Shown: one piece after another, positions 39,286 through 49,178 of the stretch
Numbering within the stretch: position 1 is the stretch's first letter
Layout of the letters: each line of letters starts with the position of its first letter
NCBI GenBank assembly: GCA_965242525.1
Contig: OZ251459.1
Location: 3,008,001-3,072,000, forward strand
Length of the DNA: 64,000 bases
Direction: 5' to 3'
DNA from: an uncultured Candidatus Binatia bacterium
GTDB taxonomy: Bacteria > Desulfobacterota > Binatia > UBA9968 > JAJDTQ01
Notes under the pieces: model-generated
Seen by the model: only the letters and a program-made list of their open reading frames with translations
What the model was told of the DNA's origin: nothing
The model's database searches: none
Position numbers and translations under genes: made by a program

Positions 39286-40456
39286 AAAGCGGGAGCTCCG
39301 GTTGGAGCGGTTGCGGGCTTCCTGCACGGGCACTGCTGTTTTCGGCAATCCACTTTTCGATCCGCTCGTTCAATTCCCACTTCGGCGGGAAGAACGGTTT
39401 GGGCACCGGCCCTGCCGCCGCGAATTTCTGCTTGATGCGTCCGCGCCCGGCACGTCCCTTGACCTCGGGATGAGTGGCCCGGGTGTACTTCGAGATCTCG
39501 CACAACAGGTTCTGGACGTCGATGGGCCGCAGCGATCGACCCCATAGACCGTCAAAACGCAGGTCGTTACGGCGGAACTCTTCTTCCTGGAGATCGGACA
39601 GCCACAGGATCGTATCTTCCGGTGAATAGTCCCCGAGTGATTCGAAGCATTTCGACAACCCGTCCAGCGCGCCCGGTCCGGCCACCACGAAACTCCATTC
39701 GGAGTGGGACGTCAGCGTCGTGTAATTGAGATCGATTGCATACTGGAAGGCGAGAAACGGCCCCAAGGTCGGATACGACAGGAGGAGGGCGTATGCGTCC
39801 TTCAGGGATCGGGAGCGTCTGAGCTTCGCCGGAAGCCGGTCGTCGAGCATGCGGCGCAGCAGTTGGAGATGCATTCGATGCTTCGGCACGCCGGAAATTC
39901 CTCCAGACGGCATGATGTAGGCCGCCGAGTAGATCGCTGCACCAAGCCCGCGGCGTCTGGCGAGCAATTCGTCGCATGCGAGGTAATCGAACCGGTCCGC
40001 CGCGGGACACCCCATATCGCGCACGATGCTTTCCCATGTGTCGATCTTGTTGAAGATCTTGAACAGCATGGTCCGGAGAAACAGCGTGTCGTCATTCGCG
40101 TCGTGGTCCGAATACGCCATGTGGATCAAGTACTGGCTCACTCGGTCCGCGGCGCGGAAGACGTTCGTGAATCGATAGTTCGACAGCACCGGATCGCTGG
40201 TCCACGGGCCCGGCTGCCCGGAAACGCGCCGCAGGTAAACGCGATGACGTTCGGCAGCGAAACGCCAGAGGGTCGAATAGAGGATGGACGGCTTGGGAAG
40301 AGCGCGTTTCGCGAAGGACGCCGTTGTTGACCTTCCAGCGGTTTCATCGGCCGGTTGCGTCGAGGAACTCTGCGGCTCAGCCTTCGGCGACCCGGCGCCG
40401 CCGACCGGGACCTCGGAGCCGATGGCGGGCGGGGCATCCATCGCGGCGTCACGCAT
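39251..40456 (-). CDS. 5-hmdU DNA kinase helical-domain (aGPT-Pplase1-like) protein
   Basis: FAAERHRVYLRR...PWTSDPVL..YRFTNVFRAADRVSQYLI, FKIFNK, YSAAYIM, GPFLAFQYAIDLNY, GPGA.DG, QNLLCEISKY; start overlaps the drmMI stop. Confidence 0.8.
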   Translation of the reverse strand: MRDAAMDAPPAIGSEVPVGGAGSPKAEPQSSSTQPADETAGRSTTASFAKRALPKPSILYSTLWRFAAERHRVYLRRVSGQPGPWTSDPVLSNYRFTNVFRAADRVSQYLIHMAYSDHDANDDTLFLRTMLFKIFNKIDTWESIVRDMGCPAADRFDYLACDELLARRRGLGAAIYSAAYIMPSGGISGVPKHRMHLQLLRRMLDDRLPAKLRRSRSLKDAYALLLSYPTLGPFLAFQYAIDLNYTTLTSHSEWSFVVAGPGALDGLSKCFESLGDYSPEDTILWLSDLQEEEFRRNDLRFDGLWGRSLRPIDVQNLLCEISKYTRATHPEVKGRAGRGRIKQKFAAAGPVPKPFFPPKWELNERIEKWIAENSSARAGSPQPLQPELPLFTTAPRSGDPY

Positions 40457-43400
40457 CAGTTCTGTCCCATGGGAAAAGCGGCTCCGCCACCCATGCCGCG
40501 CCACCGCGCGTCGCCTCCGTCCGCCCCGCCCCCCGGCCGCGTTTCTCTCCCGCCCTTGTCACCGTCCTTCCGGCGCGGGCTTCCTCCGCGGCGCGGGCGG
40601 CGTTCAGTTCCAGGAGGCGGGCGAGGACTTCGTCGCGGGTTTCGTCGGGCCAGCGGTAGCGGTAGGGCTTCTTTCGGTTGCCCTGTCCTTCTTCGTCGAT
40701 GTCGTAGTCGAGGAGGAAGTCGCAGTGGGTGGCGATGTCCTGCCAGCCGTAGGCGTCGAGGACGGCGCGGTCCATGTGGGCGTGGAAGCCGCGGAGCTTG
40801 GCGATGTCGGGATCGTCCTCGTTGGGGTCGTGGAAACGGTTGTAGGTCTTGGTGAGCCCCTCGTCGTTCCTGACCATGAGGGCGGCGCGGAAGTCGTAGT
40901 ACGCCTCACCGGCGGCTTCGAGGTCGGGGCGGGTCTCCCACTGTTCGGGGAAGGGGAAGGTCTCGAAGCAGTCGGACGGCGAGTAGTTGATGTCGTCCTT
41001 CATTGTAGAGCTGAAGAACCTGGACCATATTCCATGAACATTCGATTGCAGGATACTAAATGCTGAGTAACGTCCGAGGGGAAATACAACCAACTTGTGT
41101 GAGAAAACCAAGCCCGTCGGAAGGAATACAAAGTAACTCGTGTTGCTCACAATTGGACAGACCAGAACTCGATTCAAGCGAACGACGCCCGAGTAAAGAC
41201 CGGGGCGTTTCTCAGCATAGTGCCACCAGCGTTCACGAAGCGCCTTTCGATTCTGGCCGTCGCGTTTCGGCTTCACCCGCTCCTCCACGATCGCCACCAA
41301 CTCCGGCCAGTCCTCTGCCACCGGATCCGGGTAGTCGTGCGGCACGACCGGCTGCCGCCGCAACTCCCGCCTCCGTTCTCCGTCCGTATCTGCCCATGAC
41401 GCCCCAACGCCCTCCCGTTCCCGGCGGAGCGGGTAGTCGTGAAAGTTGATGACATAGCGGTGGTAGGCATGCGTCGGGCTCGTGTTCACTTCCTCGCCTC
41501 CGATATAAGGGAAGATCGCCTCGCGGTTTCGCGGGTTCACTTCGATGAGCCGCTGCATCTCGGCCAGTGGCGAGGCGATCCCATCCGTGTCAGTGTCGTC
41601 GAAGGTGAAGCCTATACCGAGGACGAAACTTCCGATGAAGCCCTTTCCGGCATTCGCTGCCAGCCGCGCCGGGTCGCCGTGGCCGCCCCTGTGGAACAGA
41701 AACGCAGTAATCGTCTCGGCCGCCCCATCGTCCAAACGCTTCACCCCCGGAAACCGCCCCTTGAAGACGTGCAGCACGCTCACCACCACGGCCGCCAAGC
41801 CGGGCCACTTGACCCGGCGGCGCGCCCGGTAGATCTCGCCGCCGTGCTCGCAGATCCATCGCAACCCGGTCGAGCGCGTGTCGCCCTGGGCGATGGTGTT
41901 GGTGGCGATGAGGCCGAAGGCGCCGTCTTTGCGGACCAGGTCGAACGCTCGGCGGAAGAAATGGGCTACCAGGTCGGAGTTGCCGTGGCTTTCCGGGTGG
42001 ACCTGTTTGAGCCAGTCCGGGTAGCCGGGAACGTTGGCCGCCACGACCGTGTTCTTGCCCGCGAACGGCGGGTTCCCCACCATCGCGTCGAACCCCGGGT
42101 TCTCCCGCTCGAAGACCTCCGGGAACTCGACCTCCCAGTGGAACGGAGCGAGGGGCGGCTCGCCGTCCCGCAACTCTTCGAGCCAGCTTCGGTAGCGGTG
42201 CGCCTCGCCGCGCTCGACCGCATCGGCGACCTGCGTGCGCAGGGCCTCGCGCTCCTTCGGTTTCGCCTTTTCGAAGAACGCGGCTAGGACCAGGGCGCCG
42301 AAGACGCCCGCTTCGTCCAGTTCGTCCCGGGCGTCCTGCCACAACAGGCGCCGCTCCCGGTCGGAGACCTCTTCGCCGGCGTCCCGGATGCGTTCGCGGA
42401 GCGCCGCAATTTTCGCCAGGCGCTCCCGTATCCGCATGACCTCGAACCCGGCCTGGAACTGCGGAGCGTCCCCTTTCCAGTGGAACGCCTCGATCTGCGT
42501 GCGGGTGAGGCCCACCAGCGAGTCGCCGTGCCGCAGGGCGTGGTCCAGGAAGGTCAGGGGGTGGTCCCTGGCCAGAGTGATGAGCCAGAGCGACAGTTTG
42601 GCGAGGTCCACGGCCACGGGGTTGCGATCCACTCCGTAGAGGCAGCGTTGGGCGACCAGGCGGCGGGCGAACACCACTTCGTTCTCGTCGGGCGGAATCT
42701 CGGGTACGACGTCGTGGGCGCGCCATGAATCCACCAGGAGGTCGGCGAGTTGGCGGCAGGCTTCGACCAGGAAGGCGCCGGAGCCCATCGCGGGGTCGCA
42801 CACCTTGAGGTCGAGTATCCGTTCGGGCCGGGGCGCCTTGCCCCCTTCCGCGCGCAAGCGCTCCAGGATCGGTTCCAGGGTGCGGCGCACGATGGGTTCG
42901 GTCAACTCGCGGGGCGTGTAGTGCGAGCCGGAACTCCGCCGTTCCTTGCTCGGTTGCAGGATCATGGCGTGCGGAGGCGCCAAGTCCGGGGTCGCGTCCC
43001 CGTCGATGACGGGACCGAGGGCGGCGTGCAGGGCCTCCACGGTGTCGGCTTCGTGGACGGCCCGCTTCACCCGGTCGGTGAGCTTGCGGTCGGTGCGGTC
43101 CTGGACCCATTTGGCGCGTCCGGCCGGTGCTTCTCGCAGCAACGCCTCCACGTCCACGGTGGCGGGCGCGCCCCCTTTCTTCGCCGCCTTGATGGCCGCG
43201 GAGCGGCCGGACGCGGTCTCCAGCCGGAACCCCATCATGGTCTCATAGACGGAGCCGATGTGCTCCACGTCCAGGGCGCGGTAGGAGATGCGCTCGCCGT
43301 CCAGGACCATGAGCTTCTCCAGCACCCGGTAGATGGCGCCATCGGGCACCAGGGGCGGTTCGATCCCTTCGTGGACCTGCCGGGCGCCGCCCTGGCCTCG

Positions 43401-44644
43401 GCCCTCCAGGAAACGGTACCGGTCGGGGTCGAACAGGGCGCCGCGGCGCGGCGGCAGCGACATGCCGCCCGAGCGGGCGCCGTCGTGGACCATGCGGAAC
43501 AGGACCAGGAGTTGCGCGTACGCGCCGTAGCGCTGGTCCATGGTGTCCGGGTGCAGGGCCCCGCGTCTTCCCGCAGCCGCTGGTGCAGGCCGGCCAGCGA
43601 GTAGGCGCCCAGGAAGGTCTCGTCCTGGGGCAGCACGTCCCGTTCCTCCGCGTACAGCAGGAAGACCAGACGCAGCACGAGGGTGAGCAGGCCGCGGTAA
43701 ACCTCGTCTCGGTCCCTGTCCAGGGGCTCGCGGAGGAGTGCGCCCTTGGACGCGCCGTGGGCCGCCTGGAAACCGCGCAGCAACTCGTAGAGCGCGTGCA
43801 GCACCTGTTCGGCCAGGCGCTCGCTCACCTCGTTCTGGAACTTGCGGCTGCTTTCCAGCAACGCGGCCAGGCGCCGCGGGCGCGGCTGGGTCAACAGCCG
43901 CGTCTGGCCCAGCAGCAGACGCATGGCGGTGCAGATGGGCCGACCCGCGGTCTGCACCATCTCCGACACCCGGAAGTCGAGCCAGCCGGAACTTTCGCCG
44001 CGCGGCGCGGAGATCAGCCGGAGCGAGACGCCGTTGAAGAGCAGGCCCGCGGGCGCGCCGGTGTGCCGCAACAGGCGCTCCATGCGCCCGTGGGGCGAGA
44101 CTTCGAGGCCGCCCGTGCGAACCGCGCGGTCGAAGTCCTCGCCCGGCTCGCAGACCCGAACGAGGAGCTGCCAGAGGGAAGGCATATCGGAAGGCGCATC
44201 GGATACGGGGGTCGGATCTGGCCGGTACGCCGGCGCGCCCTCCCGCACTTCGAACCCGGCTCCTGCCGCGGGGACGTCCTGCAACGGCTCCGCGCGGACC
44301 GCGAAATCGGGGCGCTGGACCTCGCCGGAATCCCCCAGCGCCGCTTCGAGTTCCGGCGGGACCGGCGCCCCGTCCGTACCGGCGTAACCCCTGGGAGAGA
44401 AGCTCCAGCCGAGCACGGACCCGGCAAAGGCGCGGAAGTCCGGCAACCACGGCCGAGGCTCGTCCCCGGAGCGAAAGCTGCGCTCCTCCGTGCACTCCCG
44501 CAACAACCGCTGCCCCTCGGCGTCCCGCCGGTCCAGTATCGCCCCGGCCCTGACCAGCGCCGGCGCCGAGACCACCAGCCCCGTGGGCCGGACGAAGCCC
44601 AGCCATTCGAGATGGGCGGCAATGTGCGGGTCGGGATTGGCCAC
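40449..44644 (-). pseudogene. drmMI: DISARM class I adenine methyltransferase DrmMI, frameshifted near 43560
   Basis: N-part HLEWLGFVRPTGLVVS...LRLVFLLYAEER; C-part GSHYTP, DPAMGSGAFL, GNPPF and an MmeI-like TRD; frames switch at the GGGCCCC run (43556-43562). Confidence 0.85.
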
Positions 44645-44660
44645 GAACCATCAGCCGGCG

Positions 44661-44762
44661 GTTGACATGAGGCAAGAAAAGGACGACAAAAGGAACATGC
44701 TTGCGCAAGCAACCCAATAGGCACTTGTTGACATGCGGCAAGAAAAGAACGACAAAAGGAAC
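44661..44762. repeat. Two 36-bp direct repeats separated by 30 bp (possible orphan CRISPR mini-array)
   Basis: GTTGACATGAGGCAAGAAAAGGACGACAAAAGGAAC (44661-44696) and GTTGACATGCGGCAAGAAAAGAACGACAAAAGGAAC (44727-44762), 2 mismatches. Confidence 0.85.
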
Positions 44763-44923
44763 CGAAGGGGTTTCATAAAGCAACTGGGGATGGATTTCAA
44801 ACGGAGAGACGGCAAGCAGAGGAAGGCTAGGCACGCTTATTGCTTCCCAAGTATGGAGAGAAGTGTTCCTCAACGATCCTTTCAGGGACACTCTTGCAGA
44901 GTCTAAGCAACAAAGGAAACGGT

Positions 44924-45163
44924 ATGAGCAATTTCAGGATTTATGGCGGCCGGCAAGAGTTGAAGGGCATGAACCTTTGGGACGCTTTCGCCGATGTGTT
45001 CACGCCACCGGAGAGCTTGAAGATGGCGCGCCTGGATTATGGGTACATGGCGCGACTCCGGGACCTCCGTCGCATCGGCGAAGACTTCCGCAAGGCCGAG
45101 GCGCGCCTTGGCCTTGAACGCTCATCCACAGAGTCCGTGAACCACCATGACCACGGAACGTGA
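44924..45163 (+). CDS. Small hypothetical protein upstream of DUF2335
   Basis: 79-aa ORF with RBS-like AAGGA, DLRRIGEDFRKA helix, overlaps the start of the next gene. Confidence 0.55.
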   Translation: MSNFRIYGGRQELKGMNLWDAFADVFTPPESLKMARLDYGYMARLRDLRRIGEDFRKAEARLGLERSSTESVNHHDHGT

Positions 45164-45671
45164 CCCCCATCCCCCCAAGGATGCTCAATCCGAGATCCAA
45201 CGGATATCCGATACCGACTCCGATACCGACCAAGACCTTGCCCGGCTTGTAGCGTCGTTATCGGACGACAAGAAAATCGAGCAGATCCTCAATTTACTGG
45301 AAGTCCGCATCGAAACTAAATTCTCGGCTTTCTCGGGACCTCTGCCGCGTCCGGAGGATTTCGAGAAATACAACGAGATCCTGCCAAACGCGGCTGACCG
45401 CATCCTGACCATGGCGGAGAAGGAACAGCAGATCCGCGAGGATGGTCAAGCCGGGACACTGGCCAATAACCGGTTGCTAGTCAACCGAGCGACGTTGTTG
45501 GGAGTTGGCCTCATCGTCGTAGCCGGCATTGCCACATGGTTGGGTCACACGGAAATAGCCTTGCCGTTGGGGCTTGTGGGGACAGTCGCCGCTCTTCTTC
45601 GTCAAATCATGGACTGGCTCGACCAACGCCAATCGAGGCGCCCTCCTTCTCCACCTGAAGAAACCGGATGA
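45147..45671 (+). CDS. DUF2335 membrane protein
   Basis: FSGPLPRPEDFEKYNEILPNAADRILTMAEKEQ followed by two hydrophobic helices. Confidence 0.85.
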   Translation: MTTERDPHPPKDAQSEIQRISDTDSDTDQDLARLVASLSDDKKIEQILNLLEVRIETKFSAFSGPLPRPEDFEKYNEILPNAADRILTMAEKEQQIREDGQAGTLANNRLLVNRATLLGVGLIVVAGIATWLGHTEIALPLGLVGTVAALLRQIMDWLDQRQSRRPPSPPEETG

Positions 45672-45691
45672 CCGCCTCCCGTTCGGGGCAG

Positions 45692-48600
45692 TCAGTTCGT
45701 CTCCGGCCACAGATAGACCAGTCCTACCGGCTCCACCCGTTGGGCGCGGACCTCGTAGAACTCCCGGATGCGGGCCGGCTCGCGTTCCAGGTCCCGGTCG
45801 AACCGGGCGAGGCGGCGGCGCCAGTGGCGCATGTCGGCTTCCAGTTGCCGGGTCTCCTCCGGGTCGAACTTCAGGGTGAGCTGCTCATAATCCGCTTCAT
45901 GCCGGGCCAGTTCCTCCACCACGCGCTGGCGCTGGCGTTGCAGCGTGCCGCGCAAGGTTTGGGCCTCGCCCCGGCCGCGCTCGGCCAACCGGCGGACGGC
46001 GTCCGCGGCCAACGCTTGGGCGCGCCGTTCGAGTTGCGGGCGGAGCCCTTCGATGTCGTCCGGGGCCGCGTCCAGCAGCCGGCCGCGGACGACCTCGTTG
46101 GGCATGGACGCATCGCCGGCCAGCGACTCTTCCAAGAGGCTCAGGGTGCGCGTCTCGGCCTCCCGGGCATAGGCCCGCAACGGTTCGGCGCGGCGGCCGG
46201 GCTCGGTCCAGCGGGCGGCCACCGGGACCACCTCTTCGTGCAGGCGCTCCGCCTGCCGGCCGTACAGGGACAGGCGGCCCAGCAGCACCACGCGGGGAAT
46301 GGAATCGCGGGTCTGCGCCAGGCAGGCCCGGGAAAGGTCGTGGTAAACGAACCCCTGGGCGCGGAACCGCGCCAGCAGCCGTTGGGCCACCCGCTGCTCC
46401 AGGTGCAGGTGCACCGTGTCCTCGTCCAGCAGGCCCGCGTCCTCGAAGACCACCGGACGAATCGGCGCGTCCCGGCGCCAGTCGGCGAGGTGTTCGCCGA
46501 GCTTGCGCGGGGCGCGGAGGGAATCCAGGGTGGCGGTCCAGCTCGGGTCCGCGGCCGCGCGCCGGTCCAGCCGCGGGAAGCTCCAGACCGCGCGGCCCCG
46601 GCCGTCCCGCGCTTCGGCCAGCCCCGGGGCGCCCAGCATCTCCAACGAGCAGGAGAGGGCCTCTCGAAACGGCTCCGGCTCGAACCCCACCCACGTGCGG
46701 GAGCGGTCCAGCAGGCTCCGGCAACGCTCAATCTGTTGCGCTAGGTCGTTCCGCCGCTCCCGGGCCTCCTCCAACTCCTCCGCGGTGGCCTGCTTCCGGT
46801 CCGCCTCCAGGTCCGCTGCCTCGATTTCCCGGCGCAGGGCGTCCGCGTCCCGGTGGCGGATGCCGTGGCGCAACCGCCGTTCCACGTCGTCGTCGATGAC
46901 CCTGGAGAGGCTGCCCAACTCCCTCTCGATGGTCTCCGTCTTGTTCACCAGCACTTCCAGCACCCGGTCTTCCGTCCGTTGCGGCAGCACGAAGTAGCGG
47001 CAGTTCACTTCCCTGGCCGGTTGCAGCTTGCGGTCGATGCGCCCGTTGCGTTGCTCGATGCGGCCCGGGTTCCAGGGCAGGTCGAAGTGGAAGAGGTCGG
47101 CGCAGTGGGCCTGGAAGTTCAACCCCTCCCGGGCCGCGTCCGTGGCGATGAGTATGCGCAACGGGTCTTTCGCGGGGTCGGCGTTGAAGCGGCGCTGGAT
47201 CTCCTGGCGCCGGGCGCCGCGGGTCAGGCCGTCGATGACCTCGATGCGCTCCTCGGCGCGGTCCGTGTGTTCGACGGCCCGTTCGAGCATCTCCCTCAGG
47301 TAGCGCTTGGTGCCTTCGCGGTTCTCCGTGAAGACCAGCACGCGGCGGCGGTTCCAGGCGGGCGCGGGACCCGCGGGACGGCGTCCGAACTGCGGCAGCC
47401 CCGGGCACTGGTTGTCGCGAATCCAGTCCACGAGGCGACGGGTCTTGGCGTCGGGCAAGTGGCGGGACTCCTCGGCGACCTCCTGCATCCGGTCGAGCAA
47501 CCGCTGCTCGCGCTCCCACAACGCCCGTTCCGCGCCCGCCGGTTCCGTCTCCGCGGCCAGGGTCACGGCTTCGACCTGCGCCCGTTCCTCGGCTTCGGCT
47601 TCCTCGGCTTCCCATCCCGCGCGTTCGTCGTCCGCGTCCGGAGGCTTCAGGAAGAGGCCCTCGTCCACAGGGGTCCGGGGCGGGGCGGCCGCGGGGTCAT
47701 GCTCCCTGGCCCAATGCCGCTCCACCGTGGCCCGATGCACCTTCAGGCTGCGGGCGAACGCCTCGGTGGAGGACAACAGGCGCTGCTGCAGGCCCACCGC
47801 CAGGAGGCCCGCCGCGGCCCGCACCTTGCCGGACGCGCCCGCATGCCGTTCCTCGCGAGCGGTGCGGTAGTCGTCGAGCAGGCGCGAAAGCTCGATCTCC
47901 GGCGCGTCCGGCGGCAGGCCGTCGACCACCAACCGCTCCACGTTGCGCTTGGGAAACTCGCCGCGGATTTCCCGGATGTCCTCCTTCAGCCGCCGCACCA
48001 TCACCTCTTCGAGGTCCCGCTTGCCGTGCACCTTCACGCCGCGGGTGAAGCGGTACGGGTCCAGCAGCTCCAGCAGCGTGGAAAAGCTGTTGGAGTGGCC
48101 GTTGTGGGGCGTGGCGGACAGGAACAGGCGGTGCTCGAACCGTCCCGAGAGGTCGCGGACCGCTCGCGTGAACCTGGTTTCGATGCCGTAGCGCCCGCCC
48201 GACGAAGGCGCCGCGTGGTGCGCTTCGTCGAGGATCAGCAGGCTGCCGGGCAGCATGGACCCCAGCCGCTCGCGCAGGGGGTCGGCGTACGCGGGGTCGA
48301 TGAGCAGGTTGTGGGAAACGAGGAAACGGCTGTGGGTGCGCCACGGGTTGACGCCGAAGCCCCGCTCCCGGCGCATCCGGGAGACGTAGGCGCGGTCCAG
48401 GACCTCGAACAACAGGCCGAAGCGGTCTTCGAGCTCGCTCTTCCACTGTTCGAGCACGGACGGCGGCGCCGCCACCACGATGGTCTTGACCTTGCGGCGC
48501 AGGAGCAGCTCCCGGGCCACGAGTCCCGCCTCGATGGTCTTGCCGAGCCCGGTGTCGTCCGCGATGAACAGGTTGGCGCGGGGGAGCCGCAGGGCCTTGC

Positions 48601-48979
48601 GGAGCGGCTCCATCTGGTAGGCGTCGATGCGGATGCCGGCCCGGAACGGCGCCTGGAACAGGTTCGGCTCGGTGGCGGTGGTGCAGTTCCAGCGCAGGGT
48701 GTGGAAGAACGCGGCGAAGGCCCGCGGCGAATCGAAACCCCTGGCGGCCAAGTCCGTCCAACCTTCGTCCGCCAGGATGCGCCGGTCGAGCTCGCAATCC
48801 CAGAAGACGGTGAGCGACTGCCCCTGGGCGTCGTCGTCCGCGCAGGCCAGCGCCACACGGGGCGAGCCGCCCTCGGCAGGCCGGACCACGTCCTCCACCA
48901 GCCATTGCCGGGAGCGCACCCGCACGAGGTCGCCCACCTCCGGGGCGCGTTCGGGCAGCGGTATCGTAGCGTGTTCCAC
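45692..48979 (-). CDS. drmD: DISARM SNF2-like helicase DrmD
   Basis: PEVGDLVRVRSRQWLV, FQAPFRAGIRIDAYQMEPL, IADDTGLGKTIE, LDEAHH, LSATPHNG, ATDAAREGLN, PWNPGRIEQRNGRIDR. Confidence 0.9.
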   Translation of the reverse strand: MEHATIPLPERAPEVGDLVRVRSRQWLVEDVVRPAEGGSPRVALACADDDAQGQSLTVFWDCELDRRILADEGWTDLAARGFDSPRAFAAFFHTLRWNCTTATEPNLFQAPFRAGIRIDAYQMEPLRKALRLPRANLFIADDTGLGKTIEAGLVARELLLRRKVKTIVVAAPPSVLEQWKSELEDRFGLLFEVLDRAYVSRMRRERGFGVNPWRTHSRFLVSHNLLIDPAYADPLRERLGSMLPGSLLILDEAHHAAPSSGGRYGIETRFTRAVRDLSGRFEHRLFLSATPHNGHSNSFSTLLELLDPYRFTRGVKVHGKRDLEEVMVRRLKEDIREIRGEFPKRNVERLVVDGLPPDAPEIELSRLLDDYRTAREERHAGASGKVRAAAGLLAVGLQQRLLSSTEAFARSLKVHRATVERHWAREHDPAAAPPRTPVDEGLFLKPPDADDERAGWEAEEAEAEERAQVEAVTLAAETEPAGAERALWEREQRLLDRMQEVAEESRHLPDAKTRRLVDWIRDNQCPGLPQFGRRPAGPAPAWNRRRVLVFTENREGTKRYLREMLERAVEHTDRAEERIEVIDGLTRGARRQEIQRRFNADPAKDPLRILIATDAAREGLNFQAHCADLFHFDLPWNPGRIEQRNGRIDRKLQPAREVNCRYFVLPQRTEDRVLEVLVNKTETIERELGSLSRVIDDDVERRLRHGIRHRDADALRREIEAADLEADRKQATAEELEEARERRNDLAQQIERCRSLLDRSRTWVGFEPEPFREALSCSLEMLGAPGLAEARDGRGRAVWSFPRLDRRAAADPSWTATLDSLRAPRKLGEHLADWRRDAPIRPVVFEDAGLLDEDTVHLHLEQRVAQRLLARFRAQGFVYHDLSRACLAQTRDSIPRVVLLGRLSLYGRQAERLHEEVVPVAARWTEPGRRAEPLRAYAREAETRTLSLLEESLAGDASMPNEVVRGRLLDAAPDDIEGLRPQLERRAQALAADAVRRLAERGRGEAQTLRGTLQRQRQRVVEELARHEADYEQLTLKFDPEETRQLEADMRHWRRRLARFDRDLEREPARIREFYEVRAQRVEPVGLVYLWPETN

Positions 48980-49178
48980 GGCGAGGCCTCTCCAGGGGCG
49001 GGAGTATAGACGGACGGAGCGGCGATTTCATCCCCGCCATGGAACGGCGTCCGCCGGGGCCGCCCTTACACTGCCGCCCCGTTCTTGTTACATTTCCGTG
49101 GACTCGCGTGGATTCGCGGCGGCTTCGGAGGAGTCATCGGGGGAATCGCTGCGGCGCCGGGGACACCGGGGAGACGAC

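Noticed and set aside
44661-44830. Full CRISPR array or third repeat near 44801
   Set aside because: Only a short CGGCAAG match at the wrong spacing; no cas genes; kept as a two-repeat element only.
40449-44891. 1480-aa track ORF as an intact methyltransferase
   Set aside because: The first ~440 residues are low-complexity off-frame sequence; the true N-terminus is in the 43235-44644 frame.
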